This document shows positions 9,629 to 18,667 of a DNA stretch of 64,000 nucleotides, piece by piece. The notes beneath the pieces are model-generated. The model searched no databases and had not been told where the DNA came from. It saw only the letters and a program-made list of their open reading frames with translations. Each line of letters opens with the position of its first letter. Within the stretch, counting starts at the first letter, position 1. The stretch is from positions 64,542 through 128,541 of the forward strand of contig CAYMJR010000003.1 of NCBI GenBank assembly GCA_964391315.1, read 5' to 3'. A program made the position numbers and the translations under genes. The stretch is from an uncultured Gammaproteobacteria bacterium (GTDB lineage Bacteria > Patescibacteriota > Microgenomatia > Levybacterales > UBA12049).

Positions 9629-10300
9629 ATGCCTGCCCAAAAAATTCAAGCATCAACACAAAAATTTACAGAGATTATCGATTTTGTCGGTAGCACAGTT
9701 ATCATGGCTGGAGGTAATGCTTGTCTTATTATTGAGATAACAGCAAGTAACTTTACTCTTCTTTCAAAAAGAGAACAGGATATCAGGGTATATTCCTATG
9801 CAGGTCTTCTTAACTCCCTTTCTTTCCCTATTCAAATTCTTATTCGAAATAAACGTATGGACATTTCTTCTTATCTTGAAGAACTTGATTCTGTAATCAC
9901 CAACACCAAAAATGTGCGATTAAGCGAATATATAAAATACTACCGTGCCTTTGTTCAGGAAATGGTTACGGTTAATACTGTATTGAATAAAGCATTTTAC
10001 GTTATTATCCCCTATTCATCATTGGAGCAAGGAGCAACAGGTGCTACCCAAGTACAACAAACAAGTCAATCGCAAGTTGAAGCATTTGCTCAAGGTGCAC
10101 GTAAAGCTCTTGAAGCAAAAGCATCAACTATTTTAGGACAGCTACAGAAATTCTCCGTATCAGCAAGAGTGTTGGAGAGAGAAGATCTCATCCAACTTTT
10201 CTATGAGCTCTTTAATGAAGGAAATCAAATTGAAGTAAATCATCTTGAACAAGGAATTAATACTGCAATTATTACAGGAGGAGGTGGAGCAAATAAATGA
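9629..10300 (+). CDS. hypothetical soluble protein, T4SS-cluster associated
   Basis: 223-aa ORF between the PrgI-like and VirB4 genes; its stop overlaps the VirB4 start (ATGA at 10297). No family recognised. The N-terminal beta-rich pattern is vaguely reminiscent of the VirB4 N-domain. Confidence 0.6.
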   Translation: MPAQKIQASTQKFTEIIDFVGSTVIMAGGNACLIIEITASNFTLLSKREQDIRVYSYAGLLNSLSFPIQILIRNKRMDISSYLEELDSVITNTKNVRLSEYIKYYRAFVQEMVTVNTVLNKAFYVIIPYSSLEQGATGATQVQQTSQSQVEAFAQGARKALEAKASTILGQLQKFSVSARVLEREDLIQLFYELFNEGNQIEVNHLEQGINTAIITGGGGANK

Positions 10301-12270
10301 ACTTTCCCTTTGGAAAAAAACCAGCTCAAGCAAGTACACCTGCTCCTCAAACTGACACACAAAACTCACTTGCCACGGTGCAGAAGGGATTAACGTCTGT
10401 TATTGATCTTATTGCTCCTTCCTCAGTTGAAGTTGACTTTCGCTATATACGAATTGGTGAAACATATCACACAACATTATTTATGGCAGGCTATCCTCGC
10501 TATGTCTCTCCTGGATGGCTGCAGTCAGTGATTGATTATGACCATACCATGAATATTTCAATGTTTTGTTATCCAACACAATCAAACAATGTGCTCTCGG
10601 ATCTCAAAAGAAAAATTGCGGAAATGGAAGCGACAATTGCCTCAGATCAAGAACAGGGAAAAGCACCTGATCCAACAGTTACTGCAGCACTCGAGGACGC
10701 TCTTGGTCTACAGGAAGAGCTGGCAAAGGGGATGGAACGATTCTTCCAATTCGGTTTCTATATCTCCCTCTCTGATACGAATCTTCCTAAATTACAACAA
10801 ACAGTAAGAGAATTTCAGACAACACTCGGAGCACTGCTTTTATCTGGGAAAACTGCAACACTTCAGATGGAAGACGGTTTTAAATCAACACTTCCCCTCG
10901 GTCAAGACAGACTTTATATCACACGAAATATGGATACAACATCTCTCGCCTCAACATTTCCTTTCACTTCTTCTATCCTCACCCAAAACAAGGGCGTTAT
11001 GTATGGAGTAAATGAACAAAATGGATCGCTTATTATCTTTGATCGATTTTCTCTGGAAAATGCAAATGAGGTTGTTCTTGGGAAATCTGGATCTGGAAAA
11101 TCATACACAATCAAACTTGAAATTGCCAGACAGTTTATGTTGGGTGCTGAAGTAATCGTCATTGACCCTGAAGGTGAATATGAAAAATTAGCTCCAGCAC
11201 TTGGCGGTGAGGTTGTTGACTTCTCATCAAATGCCCCCATCAAAATCAACCCCTTTGACCTATCAGAGTTGTATGAAGAAGGGGAAAATGAGCTTGGACT
11301 TAAAATTCTGTCCCTTCATGGACTGTTAAAGATTATCACCGGAGAATTAACAGCAGAACAAGGAGCTATTCTTGACCGTGCACTAATTGAAACATATCGA
11401 CAAAAAGGTATTACCCCAGATCCTGCCACACAGAGAAAGACACCACCGCTTATGGAAGATTTATATAAGACGTTGCTTGGTATGGAAAATGAAGCAGCGC
11501 GTGATCTTGCCTTCAGACTTGAAAAATTTATTAAAGGATCTGCCGCAGGAATCTTTAACAATCAATCAAACTTTGATATTACCAACCCCTTAACCGTTTT
11601 TTCTATCCGCAATCTTGAAGAAGATTTACGACCGGTTGCAATGCATATCATTTTAGACTTTGTATGGACAAAAGTAAAAAAGACGCTTAAAAAACGAGTC
11701 CTGGTACTTGATGAGGGTTGGTATATGATGAAATATGAAGATTCTGCCTCCTTTGTATACTCAATTGCCAAGCGGGCACGAAAATATTTTCTTGGTCTGA
11801 CAACAGCAACACAGGATGTCGAAGACTTTCTGTCGAATGACTATGGGAAGGCAGTTCTTACCAATTCATCTATTCAGGTACTCCTTAAACAAGGAACTGC
11901 AGAAGTTGAAACTCTTGGTGAGACATTTTTCCTCTCAGAAGGGGAAAAAACACTACTTCTTTCTGCCGAAGTTGGAGAAGGGCTTTTCTTTGCTGGACAA
12001 AACCATGTCGCAATTAAAGTCTTCGCTGCGCCTTTTGAACATGAACTGATCACTTCAAATCCACAAGAAGTGCTCGAACAACAAAATGAGGAAGCTGCTC
12101 AGCAAACACAACAAGTACAAAACGAACAAACGCCAGCCCCTACTCCTGCTCCGGCACCGGATCAAGCAACAGCTCCTGTTATACAAAAAAATGATGTATT
12201 AGCATATACTGCTCCTGCAGCTACCTCCGGCTTTAAAGCTGCCACCCCTCCTGTTTCCCAACATAAGTAA
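10297..12270 (+). CDS. virB4: VirB4/TrbE/PrgJ-type T4SS ATPase
   Basis: Walker A VVLGKSGSGKSYT, Walker B RVLVLDEGWYMM, then GLTTATQDVEDF. The N-terminal domain (LIAPSSVEVDFRYIRIGETYHTTLFMAGYPRYVSPGWL) is typical of Gram-positive-type VirB4. Confidence 0.85.
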   Translation: MNFPFGKKPAQASTPAPQTDTQNSLATVQKGLTSVIDLIAPSSVEVDFRYIRIGETYHTTLFMAGYPRYVSPGWLQSVIDYDHTMNISMFCYPTQSNNVLSDLKRKIAEMEATIASDQEQGKAPDPTVTAALEDALGLQEELAKGMERFFQFGFYISLSDTNLPKLQQTVREFQTTLGALLLSGKTATLQMEDGFKSTLPLGQDRLYITRNMDTTSLASTFPFTSSILTQNKGVMYGVNEQNGSLIIFDRFSLENANEVVLGKSGSGKSYTIKLEIARQFMLGAEVIVIDPEGEYEKLAPALGGEVVDFSSNAPIKINPFDLSELYEEGENELGLKILSLHGLLKIITGELTAEQGAILDRALIETYRQKGITPDPATQRKTPPLMEDLYKTLLGMENEAARDLAFRLEKFIKGSAAGIFNNQSNFDITNPLTVFSIRNLEEDLRPVAMHIILDFVWTKVKKTLKKRVLVLDEGWYMMKYEDSASFVYSIAKRARKYFLGLTTATQDVEDFLSNDYGKAVLTNSSIQVLLKQGTAEVETLGETFFLSEGEKTLLLSAEVGEGLFFAGQNHVAIKVFAAPFEHELITSNPQEVLEQQNEEAAQQTQQVQNEQTPAPTPAPAPDQATAPVIQKNDVLAYTAPAATSGFKAATPPVSQHK

Positions 12271-12288
12271 TTCTGATACTATAAAAGT

Positions 12289-13842
12289 ATGAGTGACACA
12301 AAAACACGTGACCCCCAGGTGGACGCTGAAGAAAAGCAACGGCTGAGAGAAATATTTGAGAAAGACCAGGAGGAGGCAAGACAAGCAGAGACACCTAGTT
12401 ATCCTCCACAGGAAGAAGAAACTCCTCAAGGGCCAAATACTGGTGACACGCCAATAAGAGACTCTATTCCTAAAGATAGTTCTCAAGGAGACAGACCAAG
12501 TAAACCTCAACAAACTAGCCCAAAAGGAAACGCAAAAAATAATAGTGGTTCACACTTCCAAGGAACGGGAGGAAAAAGCCCTTCCCAAGGAGGAGCTAAA
12601 CCAGGAGGTTCTTCACTCAATGCAGGAAACTTTGCAGGGAAGGCATCTAAAACACCAGGCGGCAATCAATCCTTAGGAACTAAAGCACCACAAGTGGGAA
12701 ATCTCGCCGGAAAGGGTGTAAAAAACCCTAAGAATAATTCTTCCAACTCACATTCTCAAAATCCAACAGGGCCCTCTAATCAAGAGAAAGCACAAAATGC
12801 AGCGAATACTGCATATAAAGCAGTAGATACAGGTCAACGGGTAGGGAGAATAGCAGCTGGAGATGAAACTGCATTAGAGGACTATAAAGATCCCAGAAAA
12901 CTTTGGCAGGATATAAAATACGTTTTTATAGCTATTTTTATTGCCCTAACTATAGTTCTCTTAGTTATTGTTGCCGTAATTGCTTTCCTTATGACCATCT
13001 TTGGTGGTGGCAATGGAACAAATTCAGCGGTAGCACAAGCAAACCAATTTCTTACTGTCACCAAAACATCTGACCCATCAGAAGTCCAGAATGGTCAGCA
13101 GTTTAAATATACGATTAGTGTCACTGCAAAAGAAGGAGCAGGAGATGTCACTGTGATTGATCCTCTTCCTCCCGAAGTAAGATATGTTGGTTCATCTGGT
13201 CAAGCGACTATGCAAAATGATACTGTTATCTGGAGCTCAAAAATCAACAACCTTACCGCACCATTTACGACTTCTTTCACCATCACAGTTGCACCAATCG
13301 TTAATGATACCTATGTTGTTAATCAAACAGTGGGAACTGTTACAGCAACAGGACCAGCTCCAGGAACTGGACCTGTCTCAGGTTATATTCCCCCTGCACC
13401 TGCGAATAGTTGTAATGGTAAATATACTAGTCTTGTGCTCCAAAACTATCTCTTACCAAAAAACTATGGAGATCCTGTTTGTGATTATTCTAAAAACGCT
13501 CAATACAAGTATCTGCAACAAGTTGACCCAACATATGCAGACCTTTGGTTTTACACGATTACTCCAGGCGAGAGTAGCTATAATCCAAATGATTGGGCAC
13601 CGCCAGTAGGACAACAAGCAACACTTGATGCAGCAGGCGCGTGGGGACTGTATCAAATGGGCAGTAGTTCTCCTCCCGGAAGTCCTCCTCCTGCTCCTGG
13701 GAAAAATGGACAATTCGATCGTGGTGACGTTAATTGGCAAATCCAAACAAATAACGCAATCAATTATAATAGAACTCGTCTCCATTGTAATTTTCGTTAT
13801 TGGGCAACTGCAAGAGCATATTGGGGGAGATATTCATGTTAA
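12289..13842 (+). CDS. membrane-anchored DUF11-repeat plus SLT-like lytic transglycosylase (VirB1-like role)
   Basis: ~200-aa disordered G/S/P/K/N-rich N-terminus, then one TM (FIAIFIALTIVLLVIVAVIAFLMTIF). DUF11-like segment LTVTKTSDPSEVQNGQQFKYTISV...VTVIDPLPPEVRYV. The C-terminal TPGESSYNPN...AAGAWGLYQMG matches the SLT catalytic E-S and G-L-x-Q motifs. Confidence 0.6.
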   Translation: MSDTKTRDPQVDAEEKQRLREIFEKDQEEARQAETPSYPPQEEETPQGPNTGDTPIRDSIPKDSSQGDRPSKPQQTSPKGNAKNNSGSHFQGTGGKSPSQGGAKPGGSSLNAGNFAGKASKTPGGNQSLGTKAPQVGNLAGKGVKNPKNNSSNSHSQNPTGPSNQEKAQNAANTAYKAVDTGQRVGRIAAGDETALEDYKDPRKLWQDIKYVFIAIFIALTIVLLVIVAVIAFLMTIFGGGNGTNSAVAQANQFLTVTKTSDPSEVQNGQQFKYTISVTAKEGAGDVTVIDPLPPEVRYVGSSGQATMQNDTVIWSSKINNLTAPFTTSFTITVAPIVNDTYVVNQTVGTVTATGPAPGTGPVSGYIPPAPANSCNGKYTSLVLQNYLLPKNYGDPVCDYSKNAQYKYLQQVDPTYADLWFYTITPGESSYNPNDWAPPVGQQATLDAAGAWGLYQMGSSSPPGSPPPAPGKNGQFDRGDVNWQIQTNNAINYNRTRLHCNFRYWATARAYWGRYSC

Positions 13843-14456
13843 ATATAGAAAAAATTATTACAGTGATAAAAAAGAATAAATCATTTATTCCGATACTTTG
13901 TTGTGCAATAATTTTATTAATTATTATCATAAGTATCGCGATAATTTCTATTACAAATAATCCACAAACAACACAAGAAAAATCAACACCTATTTCTAAA
14001 ACAACAATAACGCCGTCATTTCCTACCTCTACAACACGTCATTCCACTCCTACTCCAACGTCAACTGAACAAAAAACAACTCCTCCTGTTCATTATGATG
14101 ATGCTGGACAAAGCAGTCTATTAAATAAAGTTGAGCATAGGAAATCACTCTCTCAATCTGATCTCACTGTTAGAAATAAATTAATTTCCACTCTCCCGTC
14201 AGGTTCAGGCACACTTTTTCAATCTACAGACGTAAGCATCCAGTACGTTTCAGCTCCCAATGTTTTTCAAGTTGAAATATTAACTACCAGTCTTGATCAG
14301 GCTAAAAAAGAAGCAAATGCATGGTTTTTGCTTCAAGGATTTAGTCAAGATGCTATTTGTAATTATCCCGTACAGTTTTATATTAACTTTTATATCGCTC
14401 AACAATTACGTGGTCATAATATCACCTTTAACCCTCTTGCCCCTGGCTGTATATAA
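13836..14456 (+). CDS. hypothetical N-terminally anchored protein with T/P/S-rich linker
   Basis: ORF track 13800..14456. ATG 13836 chosen (MLNIEKIITVIKK...); it overlaps the upstream stop by 7 nt. One TM (FIPILCCAIILLIIIISIAIISI). No family recognised. Confidence 0.55.
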   Translation: MLNIEKIITVIKKNKSFIPILCCAIILLIIIISIAIISITNNPQTTQEKSTPISKTTITPSFPTSTTRHSTPTPTSTEQKTTPPVHYDDAGQSSLLNKVEHRKSLSQSDLTVRNKLISTLPSGSGTLFQSTDVSIQYVSAPNVFQVEILTTSLDQAKKEANAWFLLQGFSQDAICNYPVQFYINFYIAQQLRGHNITFNPLAPGCI

Positions 14457-14505
14457 GTTCCTCTTGATTACTGAAGCGTATTAGTCTTATGATTAAGAGA
14501 GATCT

Positions 14506-15177
14506 ATGAATAAACTACCTAAAATAATTACTATAGTTTTAGTGAGTCTCGTATTGATTTTTTCCATTTTTCTTATTTCCTTCTCAACTCCCACCGCTTT
14601 TGCTCAAGCGGTTGGCTGTGCAATCACAAAGGTCGGTAATCCACAAGGATCTATACCACCATTCCCAACAGATTGTGTGTTTACTGGTGGAGCTGGAGCT
14701 GGAGCTCCAGCTGGTACATGGCCGTTTGTAGAAAAAAGTCCTTCCCAGTATAGACGAGTCGATCAAGGATGGGACCTTCAAGAAAATAAAATTACTGATC
14801 CTGCTGCAGGTAAAACTTGGATCTATGCTATTGCTCCCGGAACTGTACATCATATTACTGATGCATGTCCTTCCTGCAATGGCGGCGACTTTGGACCATG
14901 GTATCCCTATGTAGATCTCGATAAACCATTTACCTTTAAGGGTGAGTATCACATTAGTTATTACTATGGTCACACTCATATGATAGATGCGTTGGAAAGA
15001 AAACATGTCAATACCGGGGACAAGGTAGCGTGGGTTGATCAAAATGCTGTTGGAAATGGTGGACCATACTGGATGGAAGCTGGTTGGAGTATTCATAATT
15101 CACCAGAAGCACCTTTACATTTATGTTGTCCTACAGTACAAGGACAAAATATGAAGGATTGGTTATTAGGACAATAA
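14506..15177 (+). CDS. secreted protein, possibly degenerate LytM/M23-like fold
   Basis: Signal peptide ending AFAQA. The spacing DQGWD...APGTVHHI...YYYGHTHM...VNTGDKVAWVDQ..VGNGG loosely follows the M23 layout, but the canonical HxxxD and HxH metal ligands are not intact. Confidence 0.3.
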   Translation: MNKLPKIITIVLVSLVLIFSIFLISFSTPTAFAQAVGCAITKVGNPQGSIPPFPTDCVFTGGAGAGAPAGTWPFVEKSPSQYRRVDQGWDLQENKITDPAAGKTWIYAIAPGTVHHITDACPSCNGGDFGPWYPYVDLDKPFTFKGEYHISYYYGHTHMIDALERKHVNTGDKVAWVDQNAVGNGGPYWMEAGWSIHNSPEAPLHLCCPTVQGQNMKDWLLGQ

Positions 15178-15180
15178 GCT

Positions 15181-15873
15181 ATGGAGAACGAAAATCAAAA
15201 TCAAGATCAAAATCAAAACATGATAAGAAATAATATGATGCTTGTTTTTGCATTTCTTAAAAAAAATCCTATTTTAATCCTTGCCGGAATTGTGGTTGTT
15301 TGCTTTTTCTCTCTTATCTTTTTTTCCTTTTTATCATCTTCACAACAGAATTCTTCTACTAATCCTTCTCCAGGCCCTTCAGAAACAACTCACCTCTCGC
15401 CTACAGTTTCATCTGGAAAAAGTCCAAACGACGAGCCGAATGACAAAGATTTTGAAAAAAAATGGCAGGAAATTCCTTTCTCAAAAGATGACTTTCAAAA
15501 AATAAATGCTCAAAACGAAGCGCTTTCTAACGGATCCATTAAATATACATATGCGTCTGAAAACCCGCAGAGACCCAATGTCACAATTGTTAAAGATAAT
15601 GTTGCCATTGCCCAACGCACACTTATGTTTAACTACTCTCTTACTAATTTAACAGCATATCTTGGTAAACCTGACTATATTGCATCTGGATCGAAATTCT
15701 GGGGAGCAAACGCTGTGATATATATTTATTTTGAGCGCGGTCTTGCATATACCCTTAATCCGCAAACACAAGAGGTCTATGAACAATTTGAATTCAAACC
15801 TGTTCCGCCTGATCAATTTAAACAGACATATGGTGATGATATTGATATGATAGGCGATCTTAAAAAGCAATAA
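15181..15873 (+). CDS. hypothetical N-terminally anchored protein
   Basis: 230-aa ORF with one TM (PILILAGIVVVCFFSLIFFSFL), an S/P linker and a ~140-aa C-terminal domain. Last gene of the plus-strand cluster; its stop is 5 nt from the dnaN stop. Confidence 0.55.
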   Translation: MENENQNQDQNQNMIRNNMMLVFAFLKKNPILILAGIVVVCFFSLIFFSFLSSSQQNSSTNPSPGPSETTHLSPTVSSGKSPNDEPNDKDFEKKWQEIPFSKDDFQKINAQNEALSNGSIKYTYASENPQRPNVTIVKDNVAIAQRTLMFNYSLTNLTAYLGKPDYIASGSKFWGANAVIYIYFERGLAYTLNPQTQEVYEQFEFKPVPPDQFKQTYGDDIDMIGDLKKQ

Positions 15874-15878
15874 AGAAT

Positions 15879-16988
15879 TTATCCCTGTACTCGAATTGGC
15901 ATAATCAGATGAAGATATGAAGGATCATTCTTTATTTTAAATACACCTGGATTGAGAGGACCTGTCATTTCAAACACCATTTCTTCTGCCGTGACATTGG
16001 CAAAAAGATCCAAAAGATAGCGGGCATTAAAGGCAATTTCATTTTCTTCCCCTGACAATTTTGCGTCGACATCAACCGTATTTTCTCCAACTGATGATGA
16101 TTGGGAAGAAACAGTAATATGATCTTTATAGAATGACAGTTTAATAATGTTTGCAGCATCCCTGGCAAAGATAGAACACACTTTTACTGCCTTCTGCATA
16201 TCTTCTGTGTCAAACGCAACGCTTACTGAGAAGTCTGAGGGGATAATTTTTTCAAACTGAGGAAACTCTGCTTCAATAAGCCTTCCGACAAGCACTGTTT
16301 CTCCTTTTTCAAATAATATCTGGTTACTTCCTTGAGACACATACATATGAATCGCTTGCTGTTCTTCCTGTATTGCCATCAATTCCTTAAACACGCGGGC
16401 CGGTACAATAAACGATTGATCTTCCAACGCCTCACTGTTTACGACCTTATAATGCTTTAAAGACAATCTGTAGCCGTCTGTAGCAACCAACAAGAAGCCT
16501 TCTGCTTCTTTTCTGACCAATACGCCGGAAAGAGCCGGTCGTGTCGTATCAATACTTGATGAAAAAACAACTGAAGAAAAATCTTTTTTGAGTTCTTCTT
16601 CAGGAAGTGTTGCAATTTTCTCTCCTTTTTCTTCATAAAGAGTTGGGAAATCTTCTTTATTATTAGTTTGAAAAACACTTTTCGTTTTTTTACTCACTAC
16701 TTCAAGAATACCTTCTTTTGTTTGAAGGGTAATTGTATCATCAGGAAGAGAATTGATAAGCTCAGTAAATGTCTTTGCAGGAAGCGTCGTTGCTCCTTCT
16801 TCTTCAATAGTTACTGGAAGATATGTTTCAATACCTATTTCAAGATCTGTTGTACTCAATTTTAGTTTTCCGTCTTTTGTTTCTAAAAGGATATTTAAAA
16901 GAATCGGCAATTGACTTTTACTTGATACTCCATGATTAAGAAAAGAAAGCTTTTTTTGTAAGTTAGCGGTTAAAAGTGATACTTTCAT
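15879..16988 (-). CDS. dnaN: DNA polymerase III beta sliding clamp
   Basis: 369 aa. The N-terminus MKVSLLTANLQKKLSFLNHGVSSKSQLPILLNILLETKDGKLKLSTTDLEIGI is typical of DnaN. Sits immediately downstream of dnaA. Confidence 0.93.
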   Translation of the reverse strand: MKVSLLTANLQKKLSFLNHGVSSKSQLPILLNILLETKDGKLKLSTTDLEIGIETYLPVTIEEEGATTLPAKTFTELINSLPDDTITLQTKEGILEVVSKKTKSVFQTNNKEDFPTLYEEKGEKIATLPEEELKKDFSSVVFSSSIDTTRPALSGVLVRKEAEGFLLVATDGYRLSLKHYKVVNSEALEDQSFIVPARVFKELMAIQEEQQAIHMYVSQGSNQILFEKGETVLVGRLIEAEFPQFEKIIPSDFSVSVAFDTEDMQKAVKVCSIFARDAANIIKLSFYKDHITVSSQSSSVGENTVDVDAKLSGEENEIAFNARYLLDLFANVTAEEMVFEMTGPLNPGVFKIKNDPSYLHLIMPIRVQG

Positions 16989-17300
16989 ATATCTTTTTTT
17001 GTTGTTGTTGTAGTGTATCTGGAAAAGTGGGAAAAATCAAGAAGAGAAGACTCATAATAGTAGGAATATAAAACCTTTTCCATTTACGGCTTGTCCTATA
17101 TGTAAAATATGGAAAATATTTTTCGTGCCTGATCATTTGTGGATAAGATGTGGAGTAAATTGGGGAAAGAATGTTAATAAGAATAGGAGAGTTAGGTTAT
17201 CACCGTGTTATCCACTGAAGTATTTAGTAATACCCAAGATATCCACAGTGACTTTATCTTTGTTATCCACATTCTTAGCTATCTTATCCACACCATGCAT
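16989..17300. promoter_or_regulatory. putative oriC segment: DnaA-box cluster in the dnaA-dnaN spacer and dnaA 3' end
   Basis: Perfect TTATCCACA at 17138-17146 (reverse orientation), 17263-17271 and 17284-17292. One-mismatch boxes at 17208-17216 (TTATCCACT) and 17239-17247 (ATATCCACA). The spacer 16989-17130 is AT-rich. Confidence 0.6.
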
Positions 17301-18563
17301 GATGGTAGTATGGTCGCGCCCACCAAGAATATTTCCTATGTCAACATATGTTAAACCAAGTTTGGTGTAGAGAAGATACATACAGACCTGTCTTGCTTTG
17401 ACAAGTGAGGCATCTCTTTTGGGACCTTTAAGTTGGGTGGTTTTAACATTGTAGTATTCGCACACATAATTCACGACATCGTCAGGGTGGAGATGTTGTC
17501 TCCTCTCCGAAACGACATTTCCAAGTGCTTGTTGCGCTAAATCAAGGGTAATACTAATTGAAGAAGCGTTTGCTTGGGTAATAACTCGTAAAAGCAAGCC
17601 TTCGAGACTTCGGGTATCCTCTGCGTTTTCTGCTAGGTATAAAGCGACTTCTGTGGGAAGTTCATGACCGAATTTTTCTGCTTTTTTTTGCAGGATTGCT
17701 GTTTTAAGTTCCAAGTCTGGTTTTCCAACATCAACTGTTAATCCACCGGCAAAGCGGGAAGATAAACGCTTTTCAAGTTTTTTAATTTCTTGTGGAGGAC
17801 GGTCTGACGTCATACAAATTTGCGAACCTTGATCAATAAGAATATTAAAGGTATGGAATAGTTCTTCTTGAACACGATCCTTTCCTTCGATAAATTGAAT
17901 ATCATCAATAAGGAGAATGTATGCAGTCCTGAAGCGCTTTTTCATTTTGCCCGTGTCGTTATTACGGATTGCTTCAACAACTTCGTTGGTAAATTCCTCA
18001 CTAGTGATATAAATAATTTTTTTCTCAGGAGTTTTTTGATAGACACTATTGGCAACTGCATGCATAAGATGGGTCTTGCCTACTCCAACAGGTCCATAGA
18101 TAAAAAGCGGGTTATATGATTGTCCGATATTTTCGGCAACAGTTTGTGCAGAAACAAAAGCAAGTTGATTCGAGCTTGAAACAGCAAAATTCGCAAACGT
18201 AAAATCAGGACGCACCCGGGGAAGATGTCCTACAAGCGGTTTGACAGGAGCAGTAGTTGGTTGAGTGGTTTCGAATAAGGGAGCAGAAAATTCTTTTGTG
18301 GAGGTTACAGGTTTGGTCTTAACCACAAAAATGATATCAATATCACGACCAAGTTGTTTGCGAAGAAGATCTTTTATTTGTCCTGAGAACCTTTTTTGGA
18401 GGAGTCCGACCATAATGGGTGCAGAAGCAGCTATCGTTGCAATATCATCTTCAAGAGAGATAAGAAATGTTGGCTTTAAAATGGTGTTGAAATTTCCTGT
18501 CGAAACAGACGGTTTGATCTCCGATAATATGTTTTCCCAAAGAGTTTTGAGGTCATTTTCCAT
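17208..18563 (-). CDS. dnaA: chromosomal replication initiator protein DnaA
   Basis: Walker A GPVGVGKTHL, Walker B LLIDDIQF, sensor and box VII region, C-terminal HTH (HTTIMHGVDKI). Confidence 0.96.
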   Translation of the reverse strand: MENDLKTLWENILSEIKPSVSTGNFNTILKPTFLISLEDDIATIAASAPIMVGLLQKRFSGQIKDLLRKQLGRDIDIIFVVKTKPVTSTKEFSAPLFETTQPTTAPVKPLVGHLPRVRPDFTFANFAVSSSNQLAFVSAQTVAENIGQSYNPLFIYGPVGVGKTHLMHAVANSVYQKTPEKKIIYITSEEFTNEVVEAIRNNDTGKMKKRFRTAYILLIDDIQFIEGKDRVQEELFHTFNILIDQGSQICMTSDRPPQEIKKLEKRLSSRFAGGLTVDVGKPDLELKTAILQKKAEKFGHELPTEVALYLAENAEDTRSLEGLLLRVITQANASSISITLDLAQQALGNVVSERRQHLHPDDVVNYVCEYYNVKTTQLKGPKRDASLVKARQVCMYLLYTKLGLTYVDIGNILGGRDHTTIMHGVDKIAKNVDNKDKVTVDILGITKYFSG

Positions 18564-18579
18564 AAACAGTGTATGAGCA

Positions 18580-18608
18580 ATTTAATAATGTGGATAACTT
18601 ATTGTCAA
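18580..18608 (-). promoter_or_regulatory. dnaA promoter with a DnaA box in the spacer
   Basis: Minus strand reads TTGACA (18608-18603), a 17-nt spacer, then TTAAAT (18585-18580), with ATG 16 nt downstream. The spacer contains a perfect TTATCCACA (18597-18589). Confidence 0.55.
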
Positions 18609-18667
18609 GAGGGAATTATTAAAATATCCTGAATACCAGTATTTTGTTTGTGAAATAGGAAATCTCA

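Noticed and set aside
14584-15096. 170-aa antisense ORF.
   Set aside because: It lies entirely inside the signal-peptide-bearing CDS 14506-15177, and its sequence is not protein-like. The same reasoning applies to the other nested antisense ORFs, such as 10914-11249, 38385-38687, 40441-40842, 57812-58192 and 58520-58960.
14506-15177. A confident call as an active M23 metallopeptidase.
   Set aside because: The spacing resembles the LytM fold, but the HxxxD and HxH ligands are not present as such. It is reported only as a low-confidence, possibly degenerate LytM-like protein.
17125-17370. 81-aa plus-strand ORF spanning the dnaA-dnaN spacer.
   Set aside because: It overlaps the well-supported dnaA 3' end and the DnaA-box cluster, and the region is better explained as origin DNA.
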